Shown here one piece after another: positions 12,001-22,131 of a stretch of 64,000 nt of DNA; position 1 is the first letter of the stretch, and every line of letters begins with the position of its first letter. Origin of the DNA: Eledone cirrhosa (lineage: Eukaryota). The position numbers and the translations under genes are program-made. The notes beneath the pieces are model-generated. The model saw only the letters and a list, made by a program, of their open reading frames with translations. It was not told the origin of the DNA and ran no database searches. The DNA is taken from assembly GCA_964016885.1 (NCBI GenBank), contig OZ024766.1, forward strand, positions 16,058,001 through 16,122,000, read 5' to 3'.

Positions 12001-15000
12001 AACTCGCTACTCCAGTGACTGCTCCTTCTAGTCCCTTCTTCCAATGTCAGTTGTCATACAGGTGTCCAAAGCTGTCTTATTTAACTGGCTACTCCAGTGA
12101 CTGCCCCTTCTAGTCCCTTCTTCCAATGTCAGTTGTCATACAGGTGTCCATGGCTGTCTTATTTAACTAGCTACTCCAGTGACTGCTCCTTCTAGTCCCT
12201 TCTTCCAATGTCAGTTGTCATACAGGTGTCCATGGCCATATTATTTAACTGGCTACTCCAGTGTCTTCTCCTTCTAGTCCCTTCTTCCAATGTCAATTGT
12301 CATACAGGTGTCCATGGCTGTCTTATTTAACTAGCTACTCCAGTGACTGCTCCTTCTAGTCTCTTCTTCCAATGTCAGTTGTCATACAGGAGTCCATGGC
12401 TGTCTTATTTAATTGGCTACTCCAGTGACTGCTCCTTCTAGTCTCTTCTTCCAATGTCAGTTGTCATACAGGTGTCCATGGCTGTCTTATTTAACTGGCT
12501 ACTTCAGTGACTGCTCCTTCTAGTCTCTTCTTCCAATGCCAGTTGTCATACAGGTGTCTATGGCTCTCTTATTTAACTGGCTACTCCAGTGACTGCTCCT
12601 TCTAGTCCCTTCTTCCAATGTCAGTTATCATACAGGTGTCCATGGCTGTCTTATTTAACTGGCTACTTCAGTGACTGCTCCTTCTAGTCTCTTCTTCCAA
12701 TGCCAGTTGTCATACAGGTGTCTATGGCTCTCTTATTTAACTGGCTACGCCAGTGACTGCTCCCTCTAGTCCCTTCTTCCAATGTCAGTTATCATACAGG
12801 AGTCCATGGCTGTCTTATTTAACTGGCTACTCCAGTGACTGCTCCTTCTAGTCCCTTCTTCCAATGTCAGTTGACATACAGAAGTCCATGGCTGTCTTAT
12901 TTAACTTGCTACTCCAGTGACTGCCCCTTCTAGTCCCTTCTTCCAATGTCAGTTGTCATACAGGAGTCCATGGCTGTCTTATTTAACTAGCTACTCCAGT
13001 GACTGCTCCTTCTAGTCCCTTCTTCCAATGTCAATTGTCATACAGGTGTCCATGGCTGTCTTATTTAACTAGCTACTCCAGTGACTGCTCCTTCTAGTCC
13101 CTTCTTCCAATGTCAGTTGACATACAGAAGTCCATGGCTGTCTTATTTAACTGGCTACTCCAGTGACTGCTCCTTCTAGTCCCTTCTTCCAATGTCAGTT
13201 GACATACAGAAGTCCATGGCTGTCTTATTTAACTGGCTACTCCGGTGACTGCTCCTTCTAGTCTCTTTTTCCAATGTCAGTTGTCATACAGGAGTCCATG
13301 GCTGTCTTATTTAATTGGCTACTCCAGTGACTGCTCCTTCTAGTCTCTTCTTCCAATGTCAGTTGTCATACAGGTGTCCATGGCTGTCTTATTTAACTGG
13401 CTACTCCAGTGACTGCTCCTTCTAGTCTCTTCTTCCAATGTCAGTTGTCATACAGGTGTCCATGGCTGTCTTATTTAACTGGTTACTCCAGTGACTGCCC
13501 CTTCTAGTCTCTTCTTCCAATGTCAGTTGTCATACAGGAGTCCATGGCTATCTTATTTAACTGGCTACTCCAGTGATTTCCCCATCTAGTCTCTTCTTCC
13601 AATGTCAGTTGTCATACAGGAGTACATGGCTGTCTTATTTAACTGGCTACTCCAGTGACTGCTCCTTCTATTCCCTTCTTCCAATGTTTTTTGTCATACA
13701 GGTGTCCATGGCTGTCTTATTTAACTGGCTACTACAGTGACTGCTCCTTCTAGTCCCTTCTTCCAATGTCACTTGTCATACAGGTGTCCATGGCTGTCTT
13801 ATTTAACTGGCTACTCCAGTGACTGCTCCTAGTCTCTCCTTCCAATGTCAGTTGTCATACAGGAGTCCATGGCTGTTTTATTTAACTGGCTACTCCAGTG
13901 ACTGCTCCTTCCAGTCTCTTCTTCCAATGTTAGTTGTCATACAGGTGTCCATGGCTGTCTTATTTAATTGGCCACTCCAGTGACTGCTCCCTCTAGTCCC
14001 TTCTTCCAATGTCAGTTGTCATACAGGAGTCCATGGCTGTCTTATTTAATTGGCCACTCCAGTGACTGCTCCCTCTAGTCCCTTCTTCCAATGTCAGTTG
14101 TCATACAGGAGTCCATGGCTGTCTTATTTAACTGGCTACTCCAGTGACTGCTCCTTCTAGTCCCTTCTTCCAATCTCAGTTGTCATACAGAAGTCCATGG
14201 CTGTCTTATTTAACTGGCTACTCCAGTGACTGCTCCTTCTAGTCCCTTCTTCCAATATCAGTTGTCATATAGGTGTCCATGGCTGTTATTTAACTGGCTA
14301 CTCCAGTGACTGCTCCTTCTAGTCCCTTCTTCCAATGTTAGTTGTCATACAGGTGTCCATGACTGTCTTATTTAACTGGCTACTCCAGTGACTGCTCCTT
14401 CTAGTCTCTCTTTCCAATGTCAGTTGTCATACAGGAGTCCATGGCTGTCTTATTTAACTGGCTATTCCAGTGACTGCTCCTTCTAGTCCCTTCTTCCAAT
14501 GTCAGTTGTCATACAGGTGTCCATGGCTGTCTTATTTAGCTGGCTACTCCAGTGACTGCTCCTTCTAGTCCCTTCTTCGAATGTTAGTTGTCATACAGGA
14601 GTCCATGACTGTCTTATTTAAGTGGCTACTCCAGTGACTGCTCCTTCTAGCCCCTTCTGCCAATGTCAGTTGTCATACAGAAGTCCATGGCTGTCTTATT
14701 TAACTGGCTACTACAGTGACTGCTCCTTCTAGTCTCTTCTGCCAATGTCAGTTGTCATACAGAAGTCCATGGCTGTCTTATTTAACTGGCTACTCCAGTG
14801 ACTGCTCCTTCTAGTCTCTTCTTCCAATGTCAGTTGTCATACAGGAGTCCATGGCTGTCTTATTTAACTCGCTACTCCAGTGACTGCTCCTTCTAGTCTC
14901 TTCTTCCAATCGCAGTTGTCATACAGAAGTCCATGGCTGTCTTATTTAACTGGCTACTCCAGTGACTGCTCCTTCTAGTCTCTTCTTCCAATATCAATTG

Positions 15001-15017
15001 CCATGCAGAATTTGATG
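1..15017. repeat. 82-bp tandem satellite, array 1 (>=183 monomers, truncated by window start)
   Basis: Consensus CTTCTTCCAATGTCAGTTGTCATACAGG(T/A)GTCCATGGCTGTCTTATTTAACTGGCTACTCCAGTGACTGCTCCTTCTAGTC(T/C) recurs with period 82 (starts at 1, 83, ...). It grades into unique Helitron-like sequence at ~14990-15017. Confidence 0.99.
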
Positions 15018-15410
15018 TTCTTTAGATGCTTCTTGTTATTTGCTGCACTCTTCCACCAAATCACCTGAGATCCCCAAATGACGTTGGTCCTCGAACAATA
15101 AGCAGAAGTGGCTGTAAATAAAAACTCTCTCTGTTGTTGGGGTGGTCATTGTAAACATGCCCAATAGCATCACTTGCCTTGACTTCATCACCTTCCTCTA
15201 AATGACCCTGCTTCCTTTGATTCCAAGTCTTACAATTGGTCCAGGTGTAGTATTTTGGGATGTCAGCATATAGGAGGGATCGAACAAATTCTTTATTCTG
15301 GCAGTGTTTCAAAAAAGCAGTTAGAGTAGTGTCAGGTGGTGCTGGTGTCAACTGATGAGCAGTGGTTTCAGTGAAGTACACACTCTGTCCATTTTCTATA
15401 TGTATAGAGA
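15001..15410 (-). mobile_element. Helitron RepHel fragment (region between the Rep and PIF1-helicase domains), decayed, copy 1
   Basis: ORF 15061..15426(-) gives IHIENGQSVYF..TTLTAF..LLYADIPKYYTW..W..RKQG..DAIGHVY..HPNNRESFYL..LL.VRGPTSFGDLR. This matches the conserved Helitron motifs HLENGQRVYF / TTLTAFF / LLYxExPxYYTW / IGRxYxVHP / ExFYLRLLL / VRGPTSFxDLRT. A frameshift and stop follow. Confidence 0.9.
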
Positions 15411-15426
15411 TAAGGATGAAAAGCAA

Positions 15427-15617
15427 AGTTAATCCCTCAGAGGTTAGCTTTGCCTTTCATCCCTACGGGGTCGGTAAAATAAAGTACCAGTAATGTCCTT
15501 GGGTATTGCTGGCCTTGTGCCTAATGTAGAAACAATTATTACGGGGTCGATAAAATAAAGTACCAGTAATTCACTGGGGTATTTACTGGCCTTGTGCCAA
15601 AATTAGAAACAATTATC
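15427..15617 (+). mobile_element. 5'-truncated tRNA-derived SINE with its 3' 76 bp tandemly duplicated (2 units)
   Basis: Contains GAGGTTAGCTTTGCCTTTCATCCCTACGGGGTCGGTAAAATAAAGTACCAGT...GGCCTTGTGCC...AGAAACAATTAT, the same family as the full-length SINE at 17377. The unit ACGGGGTCG..AATTATT starts at 15465 and 15541. Confidence 0.8.
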
Positions 15618-15804
15618 ACATTTCTTTTTAATAAATCACATCACTATATAATTAAATACGACTGGAAATGTGTGTGAAGGTACTAAATTATGTCAGGGAC
15701 TTTTCACGTTTGACACCTGAACGAGAGTCGAAACATTCGCTAAGACACCGAGTACCTGCTGTCTTCGTTATAACTTTAATTAATCTAATTATATCTTGTG
15801 TAAC

Positions 15805-15860
15805 AATTATATATATATATACACACACACAATTTTAATTCCCCGACATCAGTCTTACAC
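15805..15860 (+). promoter_or_regulatory. Possible core promoter of ZNF gene 1 (TA-rich run ~30 bp upstream of an Inr-like TCAGTC)
   Basis: (TA)n at ~15808-15821 and TCAGTC at 15849-15854, upstream of the putative first donor; conserved in copy 2. Motif-only inference. Confidence 0.2.
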
Positions 15861-16364
15861 TGTCATATCTATTCTTACTTTACAATTGTGTCTACTAAGA
15901 GTTCCATTACAATCTGTAGTAGTAAAACTACTATTTCACCAGAACATCTGCTATCAGTCATTTATAGACAATATATATATTTTAGACCACATATCAACCT
16001 AATATATATATATTTCCTATCTAATCTGTAGCTAAAGACATAAAGTCAGCCTCACTACTTCATTCTGACAAGATATCAATTTATGACTAAAGATGAAGAA
16101 GATACACCAACGTTAATGTCGTGAAATAAAGCTGATAACATTGAAACTTCTAATTTGATAACAAAGAGATTATTTCTTTGGTTGTTTAGTAACAACTAAC
16201 AACACAATACATTGATTATATGTGAAGGAGGTAAGTTGACAAAGATTTACTTAATGTCTATATTAATGTGTGTAAATAATATAATTATGTGACCCTACAA
16301 CGCACCAGTAATTAACCAGATTCCACTGTTACATGTGATATAAAATATATTGTTATCATGATTC

Positions 16365-17047
16365 TTTATTATTTAAATTACCTCCGTCTATTTAATTATC
16401 TTGTTCACTACCTTACATTATAAAATATAGTTTATATTTAGCTGTAGCTTGTCATTGCTTTAAGTAAGTTAAAGATATCTTTATTATTTAAATTACCTCC
16501 GTCTATTTAATTATGTGGTTCACTACTTTACATTATAAAATATAGTTTATATTTAGCTGTACCTTGTCATTGCTTTAAGTAAATTAAAGATATATTTATT
16601 ATTTAAATTACCTCCGTCTGTTTAATTATGTGGTTCACTACCTTACATTATAAAATATAGTTTATATTTAGCTGTACCTTCTTATTGCTTTAAGTAAGTT
16701 AAGGATATATTTATTATTTAAATTACCTCCGTCTATTTAATTATCTTGTTCACTACCTTGCATTATAAAATACAGTTTATATTTAGCTGTACCTTGTCAT
16801 TGCTTTAAGTAAATTAAAGATATATTTATTATTTAAATTACCTCCGTCTATTTAATTATCTTGTTCACTACCTTGCATTATAAAATACAGTTTATATTTA
16901 GCTGTACCTTGTCATTGCTTTAAGTAAATTAAAGATATATTTATTATTTAAATTACCTCCGTCTATTTAATTATGTGGTTCACTACCTTACATTATAAAA
17001 TATAGTTTATATTTAGCTGTACCTTGTTGTTGCTTTAAGTAAATTAA
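16365..17047. repeat. 115-bp AT-rich minisatellite, 6 units
   Basis: Marker CCTCCGTC at 16381, 16496, 16611, 16726, 16841, 16956 (period 115). Confidence 0.97.
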
Positions 17048-17365
17048 TATTTTGTGGATTTTAGTCTAAACCTCTTACAATTTAATTAACTTCATCTACT
17101 TATGGTTGAACATTACTTTATTGTGTGTTTCATTTCATTATAATTATGTCTGAGTTAGCCAGCCAAGTAGGGGTTGAGTATCTGTATTTCAGGGCACTGC
17201 TTTGATGGTGAAGGGACATCTGTTGGTGTGGGATCTCGGTGGCTGTACATACTAAGGTTCTAATACTCTAAAGAGCTAGCTGAATAACCGTCTGATACAT
17301 GTCTTGTATACAGGATCATAAAGCCATGTATAGAAGAGCAGTCAGCAATGTCAGGATTAACATTC

Positions 17366-17553
17366 ATTATAGTGAAGTGGCAGTATCGGTAGAGAGTCGG
17401 ACACCATGCTTTGAGGCACAGAGTTACGTCCCTTTGTGATCTGAGTTCACATCCAGCCGAGGTTAACTTTGCCTTACATCCATACAGGGTCGATAAAATA
17501 AAGTACCAGTAATGTACGGGCCTTGTGTTTAAAATAGAAACAATTATAGTGAA
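17366..17553 (+). mobile_element. tRNA-derived SINE with target-site duplication, copy 1
   Basis: A-box-like TGGCAGTATCGGTAG and B-box-like GAGTTCACATCC, central domain TTTGCCTTACATCC..GGTCGATAAAATAAAGTACCAG (resembles the Meta/MESC-type SINE core, from memory). Flanked by the direct repeat ATTATAGTGAA at 17366-17376 and 17543-17553. Confidence 0.85.
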
Positions 17554-17857
17554 TAATTTGGGGTGTAGTCTGGTGTCCACCAGGGCTCTGTTCTTAGCCC
17601 TCACTTAGTTATTATCGTCCTGCAGCCTATAACAGAGATGTTTAAGACTGGCTGCCCATGGGCACTCCTGTATGCTCAGCAGGTCCTGAAGAATGCGATC
17701 ATGTGCATTTTCAAGGTCTATAAAACGATAATATATACCTCTTAGCAATACTCCCACGATTTCTCAAAGACCTGCCACAGTGTGAATATTTGGTGGGTTA
17801 TGTTGCACCCAGGGAGAAAACAGCACTGTCCATCAGCTAGCTTCGACTCGCTACATC

Positions 17858-18200
17858 ACTTTGCCAGAAACTTAGCATATACTTTACCAGGGAGGCTTAA
17901 CAAGGTGATCCCTCTCTATTTGGAACAATCTCTCCTGTCTCCCTTTTTATAAATTGGGATTATTACTCCCGAGTGCCATTTCAGAGACCCAGGCCATCTG
18001 ACACACATGAGTCGGTCACATTTGAGCTCTTTAATTGCTCTTGTGACCTCAGCCTCCGAGAGATTAGTCACCGCTATCAGATTCACCTCATGTACATCCG
18101 AAGATGCTGTTGTGATCGGGTTTGGGAGATCAGCAAAGTATTCTCTCCACCTCATGAGGATCCATCTCTCTGAAGAGAAGAGAAGCCCAGATGCACTCAT
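17858..18200 (-). mobile_element. RTE-clade LINE fragment (linker and start of the RT domain), decayed, copy 1
   Basis: Translation ILMRWREYFADL.NP...SEAEVTRAIKELK...SGVIIPIYKKGDRRDCS(K)*RGITLLSLPGKVYAKFL matches the non-LTR motif RWxEYFxxLLN / IxPIxKKGDxxxCxNYRGIxLLSxPGKVY. It has an internal deletion and a stop. Confidence 0.9.
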
Positions 18201-18388
18201 GGTTGCAGGTGCGGAGGAAGAATTCTTGTAACTAATTAAAAACTAAAATAATTTGATTTTTCAATAAAAAGTTTCCAGGGTTTATAGATGTAAAATTTCC
18301 ACTGTTAAATCTATCTCTGCTTCTTAAGTATTCTCTATTATCTCATACTGTTTCTTTTTCATTTCAGAATATCAGATGACATTGGGAT

Positions 18389-18623
18389 AAATTATTATTT
18401 TCAATCTTGGATACATCACCTCTATTTATCATCATTTGAAGAGTAAAACTTTTTAAACAGAACTTATATAACACTGTTTATATAAATCTATCAGAATTAC
18501 TGTGAAAATTATTGTTTTCAATCTTGGATACATCACCTTTATTTATCATCATTTGAAGATTAAAACTTTTTAAACAGAACTTAAATAACACTGTTTATAC
18601 AAATCTATCAGAATTACTGTGAT
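18389..18623. repeat. 117-bp tandem duplication in the putative 5' UTR (copy 1 only)
   Basis: TCAATCTTGGATACATCACC occurs at 18401 and 18518; there is a single copy in the paralogue (58661). Confidence 0.95.
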
Positions 18624-18864
18624 ATATTTCCTCAGAACTGAGTTTAAAGCCAAAATTTCTTTTCTTCACTGTGTGGTGTATATATGAGAGATATATTTTG
18701 TATTTTAACTCAGCTTCAATGACAAAGAAGTTTGCATCATCTTCAGGTATTAACTGAGATCATAATTGAGCGAAATATAACAGAAGAAATATTTTTTAGG
18801 AATATAATATAAAAAATATTAAAGAATAACATCTGTAAATTCTGCCAAGGGAAGAAGAATTATT

Positions 18865-20142
18865 ATGGAAAATAAATTGAGTGAAAAGAAGATTAAATGT
18901 GAAACAATGACTAAAGATATGGCTATTACAGAAGAGATGTCAAAGGATAGAGGAGAGAAGCCATATCACTGTGATGTGTGTGGTAAATCATTCTCTCAAA
19001 GTAGTACCTTAACTAGACACAAACGTACACATACGGGAGAGAAGCCATACCACTGTGATATCTGTGGTAAATCATTCTCTCATAGTAGTAATTTAACTAG
19101 CCACATGCGTATACATACAGGTGACGAACCACATCACTGTGATATCTGTGGTAAATCATTCTCTCGAAGTATTATATTAACTAGCCACATGCGTATACAT
19201 ACAGGTGACAAGCCATATCACTGTGATATCTGTGGTAAATCATTCTCTCATAGTAGTAATTTAACTAGCCACATGCGTATACATACAGGTGACAAGCCAT
19301 ATCACTGTGATATCTGTGGTAAATCATTCTCTCGAAGTATTATATTAACTAGCCACATGCGTATACATACAGGTGACAAGCCATATCACTGTGATATCTG
19401 TGGTAAATCATTCTCTGAAAGTGGTCACTTAACTAGCCACAAACGTACACATACAAGAGAGAAGCCATATCACTGTGATATCTGTGGTAAATCATTTTCT
19501 CAGAGTAATGCCTTAACTAGACACAAACGTATACATACAGGAGACACGCCATATCACTGTGATATCTGTGGTAAATCATTCTCTGAAAGTGGTAACTTAA
19601 CTAGCCACAAACGTATACATCCGGGAGACAAGCCGTTTCACTGTGATATCTGTGGTAAATCATTCTCTGATAGTAGTACATTAACTAGACACAAACGTAC
19701 ACATACAGGAGAGAAGCCATATCACTGTGATATCTGTGGTAAATCATTCTCTGAAAGTAGTACCTTAACTAGCCACAAACGTATCCATACAGGTGAGAAG
19801 CCATACCACTGTGATATCTGTGGTAAATCGTTCTCTCAAAGTAGTCACTTAACTAAACACATACGTATCCATACAGGAGACACGCCATATCACTGTGATA
19901 TCTGTGGTAAATCATTCTCTCAAAGTAGTAACTTAACTAGCCACAAACTTATACATACAGGAGACAAGCCATACCACTGTGATATCTGTGGTAAATCATT
20001 CTCTCAAAGTAGTCCCTTAACTCAACACTTACGTATCCATACAGGTGAGAAGCCACATCACTGTGATATCTGTGGTAAATCATTCTCTCAATTAAGTTAT
20101 TTAACTAAACACAAATTTACCCATACAGGTAAGAAACCATAA
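18865..20142 (+). CDS. C2H2 (Kruppel-type) zinc-finger protein, 425 aa, 14 tandem fingers, 33-aa leader, no effector domain
   Basis: Intact ORF with 14 x 28-aa [28 protein letters not shown] units. In-frame TAA at 18820 lies upstream of the ATG. Putative splice acceptor upstream and AATAAA downstream. Confidence 0.93.
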   Translation: MENKLSEKKIKCETMTKDMAITEEMSKDRGEKPYHCDVCGKSFSQSSTLTRHKRTHTGEKPYHCDICGKSFSHSSNLTSHMRIHTGDEPHHCDICGKSFSRSIILTSHMRIHTGDKPYHCDICGKSFSHSSNLTSHMRIHTGDKPYHCDICGKSFSRSIILTSHMRIHTGDKPYHCDICGKSFSESGHLTSHKRTHTREKPYHCDICGKSFSQSNALTRHKRIHTGDTPYHCDICGKSFSESGNLTSHKRIHPGDKPFHCDICGKSFSDSSTLTRHKRTHTGEKPYHCDICGKSFSESSTLTSHKRIHTGEKPYHCDICGKSFSQSSHLTKHIRIHTGDTPYHCDICGKSFSQSSNLTSHKLIHTGDKPYHCDICGKSFSQSSPLTQHLRIHTGEKPHHCDICGKSFSQLSYLTKHKFTHTGKKP

Positions 20143-20590
20143 CAAAGTCATATCTCATTGTCTCAAAATTGTAAATTAATTAGACACAAATACATTCATA
20201 TGAGTGAGAAGCCATACCACTGTGATTTTGTGGAGAAATTATTCTCTTGTATTGCTACATTAACTACATACAAACATAAATATCTACTGTAGAAAAGCCA
20301 TATCACTGTGATATCTGTGGGAAATTGTTATCTATAAAAGCTAGCTTAACTAGACACAAACATATATATACAGGAGAGAAACTATATCACTGTGATATCT
20401 GTGGGAAATCATTCTCTGAAATAAGTCACTTCACTCAGCACTAACATTTACAGAAAAGGAACCATATCACTGTGATATCTGCAGTAAATCATTCTCTAAA
20501 TGTTGTGACTTCACTAGACACTAACATATACAGGAGATGAACTATATCACTGTGATGTCTGTGGTAAATCATTTTCTAAATGTTCTGGTA
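20143..20590 (+). pseudogene. About 6 degenerate, frameshifted zinc-finger units in the 3' UTR of ZNF gene 1
   Basis: The CCATATCACTGTGATATCTG scaffold recurs (~20212, 20298, 20381, 20461, 20541) with indels and stops. The CDS stop is a TAT>TAA change at the Tyr position of the next finger. Confidence 0.9.
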
Positions 20591-20688
20591 CCAACATAAG
20601 GTTACTTAATGTAACACAGACACAATCAGACAAGATAAAAACCATGTCACTCACCCAAAATAGTGCCACCAATGTTGTTAATGTCTTG

Positions 20689-20694
20689 AATAAA
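20689..20694 (+). terminator. Putative polyadenylation signal of ZNF gene 1
   Basis: AATAAA followed by T/GT-rich sequence; conserved at 61241-61246. Confidence 0.5.
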
Positions 20695-21021
20695 ACTTGT
20701 TTGTTCTGAAATTATTCTCCTTTCATTTTATTTGTAGAAGTTGTAACCAAGACTTGTGCTGACAAATCTATATGGTACAGAATTTACAAACACTGTATAT
20801 ATATATATGTGCCAAAACATCTATGATCTCGGTTTACAGCTGATGAAGGGTTTCTTCTCTCCTTTCATCCATATTACCATCTTAAACTTTGTTTACAGTA
20901 ACCACACAGCTCCTTTCGTTTCTTATAATTTTATATATATATGACAAAGGAAGTGTGGTAAAGAACCAGATGGACCATATACGCACCAGAGTACTCGATA
21001 CTTAGGGTAGTAGAGCGGGTA

Positions 21022-21139
21022 ATAGGAAAATGTTTAACCCCGACGGCAGAGCTCAGTCCGTTTCGACGGCTATTTCTGGAAACAGTCCAGAAATAACCGT
21101 CAAAATGGCTTGAGCTCTGCCGTCGGGGTTAAACATTTT

Positions 21140-21144
<5 letters not shown>
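21022..21144. mobile_element. 123-bp fold-back element (MITE-like), copy 1
   Basis: ATAGGAAAATGTTTAACCCCGACGGCAGAGCTCA...TGAGCTCTGCCGTCGGGGTTAAACATTTTCCTAT, with ~59-bp arms, a 5-nt loop (AACAG) and TA at both ends. Confidence 0.85.
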
Positions 21145-21177
<33 letters not shown>

Positions 21178-21296
21178 AGTGTATATGTCAGTGTGTAGAA
21201 GTTTCTGTCCATGAAAATGATTATCTGTATTTGTGTATATGTGTGTGTGTATATATGTATGTGTATGTTTATATGTGTTCTTATATACATGTGTGC
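21142..21296. repeat. (TA)n followed by degenerate (TG/TA) microsatellite
   Basis: Directly visible in the sequence. Confidence 0.85.
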
Positions 21297-21327
21297 ACAT
21301 CTTGATATATTTTCAGTGTCTGTTCTA

Positions 21328-21412
21328 GTTCTCAGAGTACAAATCCCACTGAGGTAAATTTGCTTCGATATTTTGAGGCCAATAAATGAAATACCAGTGA
21401 AATACTGGGGTG
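21328..21412 (+). mobile_element. Old, degenerate copy of the same SINE family
   Basis: GAGTACAAATCCCACTGAGGTAAATTTGC..GAGGCCAATAAATGAAATACCAGTGAAATACTGGGGT aligns by eye to the SINE GAGTTCAAATCCCGCCGAGGTTAACTTTGC..GGGGTC.ATAAAATAAAGTACCAGT..ACTGGG. Confidence 0.65.
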
Positions 21413-21480
21413 GTTAATTACTCTTCTTTGTCATTGTCTGTTTGTCTACTCTTCTCTTTCTCTGTATTTATATATATATA

Positions 21481-21676
21481 TCCAAAATTAAGATAAATTA
21501 AAATAAAATTAATGTAAATCAAATTATGGGAGTCATGCCAGAAAGACATGTGACATATCACCCGTAAAATAAGCTCCATGGAGCTTATTTTACGGGTGAT
21601 ATGGCGCATGTCTTTCTGGCATGCCACCCATAATTTGATATAGATTAATTTTATTTTAATTTATCTTAATTTTGGA
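21481..21676. mobile_element. 196-bp spacer-less palindrome (MITE-like) inserted in (TA)n, copy 1
   Basis: Two 98-bp arms TCCAAAATTAAGATAAA...TAAGCTCCA|TGGAGCTTA...TTTATCTTAATTTTGGA, centre at 21578/21579, (TA)n on both sides. Confidence 0.9.
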
Positions 21677-22131
21677 TATATATATATATAAATAGGGCCT
21701 CTTAATTGTAGAGCTAACTCTGTTGAAAGAACCTGACTGCTGTTTCTAGTTGTCAATAACCCAATTCACGCCACTGGGACGAAGCTGGTATGATGTGTGT
21801 ATATTTAGTAGATACAGCACGTGTTACTGGTCAGTCGCTGATTTGAACTTGATGCGTAAACACAGATGGTTGGACTTCTTCCTTGTTGAGAATCCAAGAT
21901 CTGGCTACTGTCGTTTACCAATCGATTAATTGGTGAAATATATTTCTTTAATGGAATATATACAAGGAAGATTAATCGTTTTCTAAGGTATCTATTTTTG
22001 AAGTTCTAGTTAAACTTTATTTAGTTACCTACCTAGCTATGTGTGCTTACACACATTTACAAATTATCCCCTGTGATTGTTTCATATGTTTATTTATATG
22101 TCAATCAATTTCTAGTTGATATATATATATA

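Larger units (their letters stand above)
16231..18367 (+). other. Putative 5'-UTR intron of ZNF gene 1
   Basis: Consensus donor GAG|GTAAGT at 16231 and polypyrimidine acceptor TGTTTCTTTTTCATTTCAG| ending at 18367. Both are conserved in copy 2. The interval contains the minisatellite, SINE and LINE debris. Confidence 0.6.
15001..22131 (+). other. Segmental duplication unit (ZNF cassette) copy 1
   Basis: Colinear and highly similar to 55284-62678 throughout, except in the internal finger array and in tandem-repeat copy numbers. Confidence 0.97.

Noticed and set aside
15061-15426. Functional or domesticated Helitron gene
   Set aside because: A ~120-codon fragment with no real start, frameshifts and stops; the Rep catalytic and helicase motifs are absent.
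17260-18231. ORFs 17260(-), 17973(+), 18007(+) and their copy-2 equivalents
   Set aside because: They overlap SINE or antisense LINE remnants; conservation is due only to the recent segmental duplication.
18963-20070. RSS heptamer CACTGTG (CACAGTG) within a 15-bp palindrome ATATCAC-T-GTGATAT in most fingers, suggesting RAG/Transib-like recombination
   Set aside because: No ACAAAAACC-like nonamer at 12 or 23 bp, and the motif follows from Tyr-His-Cys-Asp-Ile codons. There is no evidence for a recombinase.
21310-21360. Apparent 37-bp micro-exon (TTTTCAG|...GAG|GTAAAT)
   Set aside because: It lies past the poly(A) signal and overlaps a decayed SINE, which explains the donor-like motif.
20756-21627. 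ORFs 20756, 21100, 21418 (also 15796, 56026, 61308, 61713, 62753)
   Set aside because: Low-complexity, microsatellite- or palindrome-derived translations with no recognisable domain.
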